Below, piece after piece: positions 1 to 13,900 of a DNA stretch of 64,000 nucleotides. The stretch comes from Eledone cirrhosa (Eukaryota), in the NCBI GenBank assembly GCA_964016885.1, contig OZ024761.1, positions 13,640,001-13,704,000 on the forward strand. The letters are read 5' to 3'. Below the pieces are notes generated by a model. It did no database searches and had not been told where the DNA came from. It worked only from the letters and a program-made list of their open reading frames with translations. The position numbers and the translations under genes are program-made. Every line of letters begins with the position of its first letter. The stretch's first letter is position 1.

Positions 1-77
1 CCATAAGAGACACCTGCCTAATTCTTGAACAAGACCCATTCCTGTTGAGAATGATGTGACTGATGCTCATGCCTGGA

Positions 78-497
78 ATCTGTAGATCAGTCTGGACATC
101 AGTAGACCACAGCCTGGACATCTGTAGATCTCAGTCACAGTCTGGACATCTGTAGATCTCAGTCTGGACATCTGTAGATCTTGGTCTGGACATCTGTAGA
201 TCTTGGTCTGGACATCTGTAGATCACAGTCTGGACATCTGTAGATCTCAGCCTGGACATCTGTAGATCTAAGCCTGGACATCTGTAGATCTCGGCCTGGA
301 CATCTGTAGATCTCAGTCTAGACATCTGTAGATCACAGTCTGGACATCTGTAGATCTCGGCCTGGAAATCTGTAGATCTCAGCCTGGACATCTGTAGATC
401 TCAGCCTGGACATCTGTAGATCTCAGTCCCAACCTGGACATCTGTAGATCTCAGTCCCAACCTGGACATCTGTAGATCTCAGTCCCAGCCTGGACAT
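78..497. repeat. 22-bp minisatellite (cctggacatctgtagatctcag)
   Basis: Direct inspection. Confidence 0.9.
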
Positions 498-554
498 ATG
501 TTGGACAATGCCTCCCAGACTGTTGAAATTAATGTGGCTAATGGCTATTCTAGA

Positions 555-3378
555 GGTCAGCATCTCCCAGTGTGAACATCTGGAAGGTCAGCATCTCCCA
601 GTGTGAACATCTGGGAAGTCAGCATCTCCCAGTGTGAACATCTGGAAGGTCAGCATCTCCCAGTGTGAACATCTGGAAGGTCAGCATCTCCCAGTGTGAA
701 CATCTGGAAGGTCAGCATCTCCCAGTGTGAACATCTGGAAGGTCAGCATCTCCCAGTGTGAACATCTGGAAGGTCAGTCTCTCCGAGTGTGAACATCTGG
801 AAGGTCAGCATCTCCCAGTGTGAACATCTGGGAGGTCAGCATCTCCCAGTGTGAACATCTGGAAGGTCAGCATCTCCCAGTGTGAACATCTGGAAGGTCA
901 GCATCTCCCAGTGTGAACATCTGGAAGGTCAGTCTCTCCCAGTGTGAACATCTGGAAGGTCAGTCTCTCCCAGTGTGAACATCTGGGAGGTCAGCATCTC
1001 TCAGTATGAACATCTGGAAGGTCAGTCTCTCCCAGTGTGAACATCTGGAAGGTAAGCATCTCCCAGTGTGAACATCTGGAAGGTCAGCATCTCCCAGTGT
1101 GAACATCTGGAAGGTCAGTCTCTCCCACTGTGAACATCTGGAAGGTCAGCATCTCCCAGTGTGAACATCTGGAAGGTCAGTCTCTCCCAGTGTGAACATC
1201 TGGAAGGTCAGTCTCTCCCAGTGTGAACATATGGGGAGGTCAGTATCTCCCAGTGTGAACATCTGGGGAGGTCAGCATCTCCCAGTGTGAACATCTGGAA
1301 GGTCAGCATCTCCCAGTGTGAACATCTGGAAGGTCAGTCTCTCCCAGTGTGAACATCTGGAAGGTCAGTCTCTCCCAGTGTGAACATCTGGAAGGTCAGC
1401 ATCGCCCAGTGTGAACATCTGGAAGGTCAGCATCTCCCAGTGTGAACATCTGGAAGGTCAGCATCTCCCAGTGTGAACATCTGGGAGGTCAGCATCTCCC
1501 AGTGTGAACATCTGGAAGGTCAGCATTTCCCAGTGTGAACATCTGGAAGGTCAGCATCTCCCAGTGTGAACATCTGGAAGGTCAGTCTCTCCCAGTGTGA
1601 ACATCTGGGAGGTCAGTCTCTCCCAGTGTGAACATCTGGAAGGTCAGCATCGCCCAGTGTGAACATCTGGAAGGTCAGCATCTCCCAGTGTGAACATCTG
1701 GAAGGTCAGCATCTCCTAGTGTGAACATCTGGGAGGTCAGCATCTCCCAGTGTGAACATCTGGAAGGTCAGTCTCTCCCAGTGTGAACATCTGGAAGGTC
1801 AGCATCTCTCAGTGTGAACATCTGGAAGGTCAGTCTCTCCCAGTGTGAACATCTGGGAGGTCAGCATCTCCCAGTGTGAACATCTGGGAGGTCAGCATCT
1901 CCCAGTGTGAACATCTGGAAGGTCAGCATCTCCCAGTATGAACATCTGGAAGGTCAGCATCTCCCAGTATGAACATCTGGGAGGTCAGCATCTCCCAGTG
2001 TGAACATCTGGTAAATCAGCATCTCCCAGTGTGAACATCTGGAAGGTCAGCATCTCCCAGTGTGAACATCTGGGAGGTCAGTCTCTCCCAGTGTGAACAA
2101 CTGGAAGGTCAGCATCTCCCAGTGTGAACATGTGGAAGGTCAGCATCTCCCAGTATGAACATCTGGAAGGTCAGCATCTCCCAGTATGAACATCTGGAAG
2201 GTCAGTCTCTCCCAGTATGAACAACTGGAAGGTCAGTCTCTCCCAGTGTGAACATCTGGTAGGTCAGCATCTCCCAGTGTGAACATCTGGTAGGTCAGCA
2301 TCTCCCAGTGTGAACATCTGGAAGGTCAGCATCTCCCAGTGTGAACATCTGGAAGGTCAGCATCTCCCAGTGTGAACATCTGGAAGGTCAGCATCTCCCA
2401 GTATGAACATCTGGGAGGTCAGTCTCTCCCAGTATGAACAACTGGAAGGTCAGTCTCTCCCAGTGTGAACATCTGGAAGGTCAGCATCTCCCAGTGTGAA
2501 CATCTGGAAGGTCAGTCTCTCCCAGTGTGGACACCTGGAAGGTCAGTCTCTCCCAGTGTGAACATCTGGAAGGTTAGCATCTCCCAGTGTGAACATCTGG
2601 AAGGTCAGTCTCTCCCAGTGTGAACATCTGGAAGGTCAGTCTCTCCCAGTGTGAACATCTGGAAGGTCAGCATCTCCCAGTGTGAACATCTGGAAGGTCA
2701 GTCTCTCCCAGTGTGGACATCTGGAAGGTCAGTCTCTCCCAGTGTGAACATCTGGAAGGTTAGCATCTCCCAGTGTGAACATCTGGTAGGTCAGCATCTC
2801 CCAGTGTGAACATCTGGAAGGTCAGCATCTCCCAGTATGAACATCTGGGAGGTCAGCATCTCCCAGTGTGAACAACTGGAAGGTCAGTCTCTCCCAGTGT
2901 GAACATCTGGAAGGTCAGCATCTCCCAGTGTGAACATCTGGAAGGTCAGTCTCTCCCAGTGTGGACACCTGGAAGGTCAGTCTCTCCCAGTGTGGACACC
3001 TGGAAGGTCAGCATCTCCCAGTATGAACATCTGGGAGGTCAGTCTCTCCCAGTGTGAACAACTGGAAGGTCAGTCTCTCCCAGTGTGAACATCTGGAAGG
3101 TCAGCATCTCCCAGTGTGAACATCTGGAAGGTCAGTCTCTCCCAGTGTGGACACCTGGAAGGTCAGTCTCTCCCAGTGTGGACACCTGGAAGGTCAGTCT
3201 CTCCCAGTGTGAACATCTGGAAGGTCAGTCTCTCCCAGTGTGGACACCTGGAAGGTCAGTCTCTCCCAGTGTGAACATCTGGAAGGTTAGCATCTCCCAG
3301 TGTGAACATCTGGAAGGTCAGTCTCTCCCAGTGTGAACATCTGGAAGGTCAGTCTCTCCCAGTATGAACATCTGGGAG
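555..3378. repeat. 31-bp minisatellite (ggtcagcatctcccagtgtgaacatctggaa), about 90 copies
   Basis: Direct inspection; no spacers. Confidence 0.95.
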
Positions 3379-3499
3379 GGGTGACTTCCTGTCTGGTAAC
3401 ATAAATATGCGTGATGTCCAAACACACACACACACACACACAACCTAACAGACACACACCCGCACAAACTAACATGCTCAGACTACAAGTAAAACTTAC

Positions 3500-3847
3500 C
3501 ATTTTATGCTCTGCCTGTCTCTGGTAATTTCGTGGCTCAAACATCGATCGTGGTCGAGCTGTCCCTGGCACTCGTTTCACATCGGCTGGTGAGGATGTTG
3601 CAGAGAGTCGCAGCCCGGCCCCACCTACACCACCACCAACACCTCCACCGGCGCCGCCATTCAAGTGAAAGCTACCGGCAGGCAGGTTGTTGTTGATGTT
3701 ATTGTTGTTGATGTTGTTGTTGTTGTTGTGGCCGCCACCACCACCGCCACCGCCACCGCCACCACCACCACTACCTCCAATACCGCCGCCACCACTACTT
3801 GACTTGTCCTGCTTCAACAAAGAATTCTCTTCAACCAAGCTGTTCAC
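3500..3847 (-). CDS. GIT: GIT exon: VNSLVEENSLLKQ-polyG/polyN-...ARPRSMFEPRNYQRQAEHKM
   Basis: tttcag/gtaagt, 348 nt, end of the coiled coil (ENSxL) and the RPxSM[FY]E motif of GITs. Confidence 0.88.
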
Positions 3848-4195
3848 CTGAAATACACACAAGACTTATATAAATATATAACACGCACAGGAGCAGCTCT
3901 GCGTGCGTCCCCACAACCAAACACCATCTTAATATACCAATATATATATATATATATATGGTCGCATTCTTTAAGGGTATGTCAATATTTATTTATAAAA
4001 CTGATCTATATTATATTTTATCTGATGAAAGCACACCATAATTTAACTTGGTGTCCTTGAAATATGTATAATGAAATAAATATGGTTTTATAAATATAGT
4101 TTCCATTTGTTAATATATCGTATTTTTACTCCAATAATTTGTTATAAACATAGTTATATTTGCTTGTTGTATCCCAACAATTTAAATAGAACTTC

Positions 4196-4232
<37 letters not shown>

Positions 4233-4444
4233 GTTTCGTTTTTCCTACCAGCCGAAATACGATTCTCGGTGAATTTATATTTGTATTAATGTCCCGAGAC
4301 TTACAATTAACCTGTTAATAATTCTATTGACAGATTAATTGCAGAAGTTTATTTTTAAAACTACCCGGTTGAGTGCTTATTCGATTTGTGCTATCTATGC
4401 AATTGTTTGTATGATATACACATACTGAATTCATTTGCCAAAAT

Positions 4445-4787
4445 CTGTACTCGACCTCCCATGGGTACAAGCTGAAGCATATAGACAATATGCCCCCCCC
4501 CCCCCCACACTGCAAAGTGGTCGTGGAGGTGCCACGGCAAAAAAGCACCCAGCCCACACTGTAAAGTGTACGTGTAGGTAGGCGCCACGAAAAAGCACCC
4601 AGCACTCACTGTAAATGAGGTTGGTGTTAGGAAGGGCATCCAACTGTAGAAATCAAGCCAAATCAGTTCCTGTATGAGCAAGGCATTGTCAGCCGACCAG
4701 ACACTGCCCACAACAGGACAACCCGTCTAACCCATGCTAGCGTGGAAGAACGGACGTAAAACGGTGATGATGATGATGATGATGATG
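4445..4787 (+). mobile_element. RTE 3' UTR fragment
   Basis: Reverse complement of 42148-42480, (GAT)n tail. Confidence 0.85.
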
Positions 4788-5755
4788 GGGAATTTCCCCT
4801 TGTGAGTTACACATGTGCTTTTACAAAGTTCTGCATCACTCACAAAGTTGGTTACAGAGCAAAATACCTGTTGATAACGTGATATTCCTTGTTCGATCTT
4901 TATGCTGAAAGTTTATAGTTTTAAGCAGACAGTATTATTGATTTAGGTGTCATAGAAACCCTGCATTTGGATTTTACCATCAATTCCATTTGGGTCCAGG
5001 TCTGTTTTTATCATTTATTTTGTTTGACCTGTTTAGCTTGATTTGTTTTTTTGGCTTAGGTGGTTAATGCCTTCTTGACCACTATTTCAGTTTGTATGGC
5101 GTTTTAACATATTGTTTGGCACTAGTTTTCTTAACTATTGAGCGCGTGCCAGCATTTCTACGATTTTGCGTTTTGTTTCGCTTTTTCTACCAGCCGAAAT
5201 ACGATTCTCGCTAAATTTATATTTATATATATATATATCATCATCATTGCCGTTTTATATCCATTCTTCCACGCTAGCATGAGTTAGACGGGTTGTCCTG
5301 TTGTGGGCAGTGCCTGGTTGGCTGACCTTGTCTTGCTCATATGGGAACTGATTCTAGCTTGATTTCTACACCTGGATGCCCTTCCTAACACCAACCTCAT
5401 TTACAGTCAGTGCTGGGTGCTTTTTTTCCGTGCCGCCTACACGTCTACTTTACAGTGTGGGCTGGGTGCTTTTTTGCCGTGGCACCTCCACGACCACTTT
5501 GCAGTGGGAGGGGCTATGTATGTATATATAGAGAGAGAAAGAGCCAAATATCGCAACTCATGTGGTTTAATCATAATCAATAATTTGTCTTCGATGATCT
5601 ATTATATTGATTGATTTTTTTCAATGATTGATTACATAGATTGATTTTTAACCACACTTTCCAGGTATGAAATAGCGCTATAAGGTTTCACTTACAATTC
5701 CACCTGTGCATATATTCTTCTATAGAATATGTATTTGGTATATATACAATATACT

Positions 5756-6135
5756 GGAGGCACATGTCTTAGTGGTTAGAGCATTGGGCTTGCAATAGAA
5801 AGGTTGTGAGTTCAATTCTCAGACCGGGTGATGTGTTGTTTCCTTGAGCAAGACACTTTATTTCACATTGCTCCAGTTTACTCAGTTGTAGAAATGAGAT
5901 TATAGGGACTGGGGTCCCTATAATTCCACTGCAAAGTGGTCATGGATATGTCATGGCAAAAAAAGCACCCAGCCCACACTGTAAAGTGGATGTGTAGGTG
6001 CCACGGGAAAAAAGCACCCAGCACTCACTGTAAATGAGGTTGGTGTTAGGAAGGGCATCCAGCTGTAGCAATCAAGCCAGAATCAGTTCCCGTCCCACCC
6101 TTGCAAGCAGGGAAAAGCAGACGTAAAATGATGAA
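5756..6135 (+). mobile_element. tRNA-derived SINE family A (CORE-like body, RTE-derived tail)
   Basis: Head with A box (tagtggttagag) and B box (gagttcaattctc), ccttgagcaagacactt body, 3' part shared with the RTE UTR. Confidence 0.85.
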
Positions 6136-6297
6136 AAAATACCGTGTTTCTTGTACGATATATGGCTCTTCCTCTCTATATATATACATATATATCTTTA
6201 TTTGGTTATTATGGCTCTAGATAAAGTCTATTGAGCTTACTTATTGAGAAACACAAAATTCTAAACATATTTGATATGTTTTGATTCATCATTTGTG

Positions 6298-6358
<61 letters not shown>

Positions 6359-7004
6359 ATATTGTTATACTTGGGGAGGGCCATATTGTTGTAATATTGC
6401 CAGAAATAATAACAGAACACACTCACTGTTTGGTTGGTTTTCGCTTCTGTATCTTTTATATCTCCACAGTTAATACATTCGGTCCTCAATGTTTACCATT
6501 GACTGACCAACGGTCAAAAATACAGATATAATATAGATATAAACACATATATATAGTCTAACACAGAAAAATGGTGTAGATATATAATACAACAGGAGGA
6601 ACATAATAGTACCACTGATGATGTTGCAGATGTGCAACGAAAGAACTTTGTTAGACTATATATACATATATATATATATGTGTTTATATCTATATTATAT
6701 CTATATTTTTGATCGTTGGTCAGTCAATGGTAAACATTGGGGACCGAATGAATTAACTGTGGAGATATAAAAGATACAGAAGCGAAACCAACCAAACAGT
6801 GAGGGTGTTCTGTTATTATTTCTGGCAATATTATTACAACAATATGACCCTCCCCAAGTATAACAATATTTGTTTCGATACACGATTTCATATCAAAACC
6901 CTCGCAAAACAAATATATATATATGTCCTTTGTTAACTTATGTACCAAACACCGTCTTCATTTTAATATACCAATATACAAAAGCATTGTATTTATTGAC
7001 TATC

Positions 7005-7465
7005 ATCAAAAGGGCCACACCATCAATGGAGAATACTATGCCAACTTGCTGAGGCTATCAAGACCAAACACTCAGGAAAACTGATGAAAGGGGTTTTGTT
7101 TCATCAGAATAATGCTCCAGCACACAAGTCCTTAGTTCAATGGTTGTTGTGTGTTACTGTGGCTTTGAATTGGTTGATCACCCTCCCTATTCTCCTGATT
7201 TGGCCCCATCTGACTAGCATCTGTTCCCCAACATGAAAAAACACTTGACTGGGAACTAGTATCATAATGATGATGATGATGTCATATCTGTTGTGGATGA
7301 CTTTTTTAACCCTCAGGATGAAAGCTTCTTCACTAATTGGATCCAAACACTGCAAAACCGATGGAAGAAGTGTATGGACTACAGGGGGGGGGGGGGGGCT
7401 ATGTTGAAAAATAAACATCATGAGAATATCTTGGTCCGGCTATGAACTTTTCAGGTGACCCTTCT
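7005..7465 (+). pseudogene. Mariner transposase C-terminal fragment
   Basis: FHQNNAPAH...HPPYSPDLAPSD*HLFP...RWKKC...YVEK with in-frame stops. Confidence 0.88.
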
Positions 7466-7472
7466 ATTTGTC

Positions 7473-7687
7473 TTAACCCTTTAGCATTCATATTACTCTA
7501 TATATACTATTGTATTTCACAGAAAAGGCTTTACCTCACATAATATCAAATCTATGAGATTTTGATATTATTTATTTTGAGAACAATACCTTAAAGTCAG
7601 TTTAAGGGGGCAGTTATGGTCAGTTTGAACATAAACAGGTGAGAGAATTCTGGCCGGATATGGCCGGCTTAAATGCTAAAGGGTTAA
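7473..7687 (+). mobile_element. TTAA-flanked piggyBac-like MITE (TIR CCCTTTAGCATT), unexpanded monomer
   Basis: ttaaCCCTTTAGCATT...AATGCTAAAGGGttaa. Other copies at 44421-44649, 49981-50658, 40488-40860, and expanded copies listed below. Confidence 0.85.
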
Positions 7688-7978
7688 GTTATGTACCAAA
7701 CACCATCTTAATATAGGGTAGGCCAAAAGTCACTTCCTATTAAAAAAAATATTCATAATTTTTTTTTATTATTAAAATAATATATTATTATTTGTCTTTC
7801 AGATTAAAGTTGAATTATAAAATCCAATTATGTAAAAATATACCCTCCGACTTATGGAGGAGCTCGGCAGTACGGGGTCCAAGTATGCCTGAGGTCTCGA
7901 TGGCAATGACCGGTGCAAAGAGGAAGCAGTCGGACATACAAGAAGATGATGATGCTGCGGCTGATGCAGTCAACTTAC

Positions 7979-8131
7979 CAACGTCTTCAGACGATTCACC
8001 TCGGTGATTAGATCACTCTGGGTCTGCAAGAGCTGTTGAACTCGACACTCGGAGTTGGCTAGAGATTTCTTCATTTCCAGAAAATCTTCCGTAGACACTG
8101 GACCTTCTACCTGTTCTGATGTCATGCTCTG
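7979..8131 (-). CDS. GIT: GIT exon (coiled coil): QSMTSEQVEGPVSTEDFLEMKKSLANSECRVQQLLQTQSDLITEVNRLKTL
   Basis: tagCAG acceptor, gtaagt donor, 153 nt, similar to GPVTVQEFMEVKNALVASEAKIQQL. Confidence 0.92.
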
Positions 8132-8214
8132 CTAACGAGAGGTGCACAAACAAGAACAACAACACAAAAGAAATTAGAAACAGTAATTTAAATTATTTTA
8201 ACATACGTACTCAG

Positions 8215-8610
8215 TAACAGAGAAGACCCGCCTTGCCAGTAGGCATCTCTAACAAAATACACCCCGTCCAACCACCACCACCCCCACCCCATCCACACCA
8301 CCCCGTTCTATGTAAAGTTATGTTGGTGCCGCGCCATCCAGGCCGAAACAAATGAGATCGTGTAGGTGTCACGACAAAAAAACACACAGTCCACGCTGTA
8401 ATGTGGCCGTGTAGGCAACACGGTAAAAACCTCCCAGACCCACACTGTAAATGTGGTTGGTGTTAGGAAGGGCATCCAACTGTAGAAAACCTGCCAGACA
8501 GTCCTATGCGAGCAAGACAATCACTCTTGCCTCAAGTGGGACTACCCCCGTCCAAACCCATGCAAGCGTGGAACACGGACGTTAAACGTTGATGATGATG
8601 ATGATGATGA
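8215..8610 (+). mobile_element. 3' UTR of the second RTE subfamily
   Basis: Reverse complement of 28677-29050, (GAT)n tail. Confidence 0.75.
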
Positions 8611-8976
8611 TATATACTCATATAAATACACATACATATTTAGGCATATATATATATATATGTTTGTTTCAGATAACTAATAAGTTTGATGTGTATATAT
8701 ATATATATATATATCCATTAAAATGTGTTACCAAACACTATTATTTATATCATAATTTAATTTACAATTGTTTCATCCAACATGGTTCTCATCAGAATTA
8801 AGTAATATATAAATAATTACCTCAACAAGTTCATCTTTTCAAGTGCACAAACAATCCGTAGAATGTTTTATTTACATTTTAAAAAACTGCATCATATATA
8901 TATATATATATTTATTTTAAAAACTATGAAGTTTCCTTTACATGCATTAGGTTTTTATTCTGTATCGACCTGTTAC

Positions 8977-9054
8977 GTGCGTTTCACAGAAGATTGGCTC
9001 AGGGGCTCCCGTAAGAGTCATGAACCTGACTCCATTATCGATCTGCTCTTCAGA
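8977..9054 (-). CDS. Candidate GIT cassette exon SEEQIDNGVRFMTLTGAPEPIFCETH
   Basis: ttttttgtcacatcaccag acceptor, weaker CAC|gtaaca donor, 78 nt, phase 0-0, open frame. Confidence 0.4.
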
Positions 9055-9140
9055 CTGGTGATGTGACAAAAAATGTAGTGTTTGTTGTGATTTGTGAGAT
9101 AATGGGTGGTACCACCACCAGTAATTCACTGAACCACCTA

Positions 9141-9549
9141 CATCATCATCATCATCATCATCACCGTTTTACGTCCGTTCTTCCACGCTAGCATGGGTTA
9201 GACGGGTAGTCCTGTTGTGGGCAGTGTCCGGTCGGCTGACTTTGTCTTGCTCATATGGGAACTGATTCTGGCTTGATTTCTACAGCTGGATGCCCTTCCT
9301 AACACCAACCTCATTTACAGTGAGTGCTGGGTCCTTTTTTTCCATGGTGTCTACTCGTCCCCTTTACAGTGTAGGCTGGGTGCTTTTTTTGCCGTGGCAC
9401 CTCCACGACCACTTTGCAGTGGAATGATAGGGACCCCTGTCCTATCATCTCATTTCTACAGCTGAGTAAACTGGAGCAATATGAAATAAAGTGTCTTGCT
9501 CAAGGAAACAACACATCACCCAATGCTCTAACCACTAAGCCATGCGCCT
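9141..9549 (-). mobile_element. SINE family A
   Basis: Same consensus as 5756-6135. Confidence 0.85.
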
Positions 9550-9836
9550 TCACATATATATATACATATATATATATATCCAGAGAATGAAACGTTATAC
9601 CCACACAAAATTGTTTTTCTCACTACTTAACGTATAAGTGTGAACTCTGCTTTCCCTTTGGTTGGTATCTTAATGATACTGTCTTAATTAACCCTCTTGG
9701 TGCTGTCGGTGACATAAGTCACCGATAAAGTAATCTCCCCTTACATAATAAAGTGTCAAGGGAAGCAATACATAAAAAAATTCAGTGTCCAGACAGTTAA
9801 AGCATTTCAGTCCTTCCGCTAACTTCGTTTTAGTAT

Positions 9837-9884
<48 letters not shown>

Positions 9885-9993
9885 AATACACATACATACA
9901 TACACACGCCATTATTCACCTTTCCTTAAAATATTTAAGGTTTCATACAGATGTAAGAAGAAATTGTTATCATTAGTAGTAGTAGCAGCAGTG

Positions 9994-10026
<33 letters not shown>

Positions 10027-10056
10027 TCAATAGTAGTAGTAGTAGTAGTAGTAGTT

Positions 10057-10095
<39 letters not shown>

Positions 10096-10372
10096 ATTTT
10101 GGTCGATAGATTGGACAGGGGGCCTTGCAGGATTTTAGAACAGCAGAAATCATTTAGAAACAGATGAAGAAGGGAGTCTTGTTTGGGTGACACATCCAGA
10201 GTCACTGCCTCCCCACCCCTAGTGACCTTAAATGGAAGGTCACACACACACAATGATATAATAAATCTTCTTTAAAAAGTATTATCTGGTTTTGAAAAAT
10301 GAGTAATTTTACAGATGTATGTAAAATCATTAGTGGCCTAGTGGGGAGACAGACAGACAGCTTGCTGAAGAG

Positions 10373-10407
<35 letters not shown>

Positions 10408-10977
10408 GAGAGAGAGAAAGAGAGAGCTGAATAAAAGAGAAAGGTCATGAACTAAACTTAGGAGAGAGACAGACCAAAGGTGAGAGATTTATCTATTTAC
10501 ATATGATGAAAGGCCTCAAAATGAAACTAGGGGCCCAAGACCATAGAACTCTTTGTGGTGAGCCCTGATCTCGGATCTTATTTATTTACATTATGATGAA
10601 AGGCCTCAAAGTAAGACTAGGGGTCTAAGGCTGTAGACATCTTTGTGGTGGGCCCTGGAAACTGATCCCTGATCTCTGATCTTGATCAGGTGAACAACAA
10701 CCTGAGATCAACATAGACCACTAACACAATATAGACATTGAGTGGTCCACATTGACCAATCACAATACTGGAGACATTATCTGAGTGGTCAGCACTGACC
10801 ACTCACAACACTGGAGACATCAAAAGCAATCTAGGACATCAATAACGTAGTGGACAATAATGACAACAACAACAACAACAGCAGCAGCAGAACTAACACC
10901 AGTTGTGACATTTTGCTCAATTACTGAAACTGTTTGACTATACTGAGTATTTAAGAGAAATCATGACAGAGACATCT

Positions 10978-13900
10978 AACCCTTTAGTATTCACGTTATA
11001 TATACTATTATATTTTCATGGTAAAGGCTTTACCTCACTTAATTATCTCACATAACATTTACATTACTCTATATATACTATTGTATTTTTGTGGTAAAGG
11101 CTTTACCTCACATAACATTTACATTACTCTATATATACTATTGTATTTTTGTGGTAAAGGCTTTACCTCACATAACATTTACATTACTCTATATATACTA
11201 TTGTATTTTTGTGGTAAAGGCTTTACCTCACATAACATTTACATTACTCTATATATACTATTGTATTTTTGTGGTAAAGGCTTTACCTCACATAACATTT
11301 ACATTACTCTATATATACTATTGTATTTTTGTGGTAAAGGCTTTACCTCACATAATATCTCACATAACATTTACATTACTCTATATATACTATTGTATTT
11401 TTGTGGTAAAGGCTTTACCTCACATAACATTTACATTACTCTATATATACTATTGTATTTTTGTGGTAAAGGCTTTACCTCACATAATATCTCACATAAC
11501 ATTTACATTACTCTATATATACTATTGTATTTTTGTGGTAAAGGCTTTACCTCACATAATATCTCACATAACATTTACATTACTCTATATATACTATTGT
11601 ATTTTTGTGGTAAAGGCTTTACCTCACATAACATTTACATTACTCTATATATACTATTGTATTTTTGTGGTAAAGGCTTTACCTCACATAACATTTACAT
11701 TACTCTATATATACTATTGTATTTTTGTGGTAAAGGCTTTACCTCACATAACATTTACATTACTCTATATATACTATTGTATTTTTGTGGTAAAGGCTTT
11801 ACCTCACATAATATCTCACATAACATTTACATTACTCTATATATACTATTGTATTTTTGTGGTAAAGGCTTTACCTCACACAACATTTACATTACTCTAT
11901 ATATACTATTGTATTTTTGTGGTAAAGGCTTTACCTCACATAATATCTCACATAACATTTACATTACTCTATATATACTATTGTATTTTTGTGGTAAAGG
12001 CTTTACCTCACATAACATTTACATTACTCTATATATACTATTGTATTTTTGTGGTAAAGGCTTTACCTCACTGAATTATCTCACATAACATTTACATTAC
12101 TCTATATATACTATTGTATTTTTGTGGTAAAGGCTTTACCTCACATAACATTTACATTACTCTATATATACTATTGTATTTTTGTGGTAAAGGCTTTACC
12201 TCACATAACATTTACATTACTCTATATAAACTATTGTATTTTTGTGGTAAAGGCTTTACCTCACATAACATTTACATTACTCTATATATACTATTGTATT
12301 TTTGTGGTAAAGGCTTTACCTCACGTAACATTTACATTACTCTATATATACTATTGTATTTTTGTGGTAAAGGCTTTACCTCACATAACATTTACATTAC
12401 TCTATATATACTATTGTATTTTTGTGGTAAAGGCTTTACCTCACATAACATTTACATTACTCTATATAAACTATTGTATTTTTGTGGTAAAGGCTTTACC
12501 TCACATAACATTTACATTACTCTATATATACTATTGTATTTTTGTGGTAAAGGCTTTACCTCACATAACATTTACATTACTCTATATATACTATTGTATT
12601 TTTGTGGTAAAGGCTTTACCTCACATAACATTTACATTACTCTATATAAACTATTGTATTTTTGTGGTAAAGGCTTTACCTCACATAACATTTACATTAC
12701 TCTATATATACTATTGTATTTTTGTGGTAAAGGCTTTACCTCACATAACATTTACATTACTCTATATATACTATTGTATTTTTGTGGTAAAGGCTTTACC
12801 TCACATAACATTTACATTACTCTATATAAACTATTGTATTTTTGTGGTAAAGGCTTTACCTCACATAACATTTACATTACTCTATATATACTATTGTATT
12901 TTTGTGGTAAAGGCTTTACCTCACATAACATTTACATTACTCTATATATACTATTGTATTTTTGTGGTAAAGGCTTTACCTCACTTAATTATCTCACATA
13001 ACATTTACATTACTCTATATATACTATTGTATTTTTGTGGTAAAGGCTTTACCTCACTTAATTATCTCACATAACATTTACATTACTCTATATATACTAT
13101 TGTATTTCTGTGGTAAAGGCTTTACCTCACTTAATTATCTCACATAACATTTACATTACTCTATATATACTATTGTATTTTTGTGGTAAAGGCTTTACCT
13201 CACATAACATTTACATTACTCTATATATACTATTGTATTTTTGTGGTAAAGGCTTTACCTCACATAACATTTACATTACTCTATATATACTATTGTATTT
13301 TTGTGGTAAAGGCTTTACCTCACATAACATTTACATTACTCTATATATACTATTGTATTTTTGTGGTAAAGGCTTTACCTCACATAATATCTCACATAAC
13401 ATTTACATTACTCTATATATACTATTGTATTTTTGTGGTAAAGGCTTTACCTCACATAACATTTAGATTACTCTATATATACTGTTGTATTTTTGTGGTA
13501 AAGGCTTTACCTCACATAACATTTACATTACTCTATATATACTATTGTATTTTTGTGGTAAAGGCTTTACCTCACATAACATTTACATTACTCTATATAT
13601 ACTATTGTATTTTTGTGGTAAAGGCTTTACCTCACATAACATTTACATTACTCTATATATACTATTGTATTTTTGTGGTAAAGGCTTTACCTCACATAAC
13701 ATTTACATTACTCTATATATACTATTGTATTTTTGTGGTAAAGGCTTTACCTCACATAACATTTACATTACTCTATATAAACTATTGTATTTTTGTGGTA
13801 AAGGCTTTACCTCACATAACATTTACATTACTCTATATATACTATTGTATTTTTGTGGTAAAGGCTTTACCTCACTTAATTATCTCACATAACATTTACA

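Noticed and set aside
555-3378. 31-bp repeats as a CRISPR array
   Set aside because: No unique spacers, eukaryotic intron context, no cas genes.
5756-5830. tRNA gene
   Set aside because: It is a SINE head continuing into the SINE body in several copies.
9912-10253. Poly-Thr/Ala ORF as a GIT exon
   Set aside because: Trinucleotide repeats, no convincing donor or homology.
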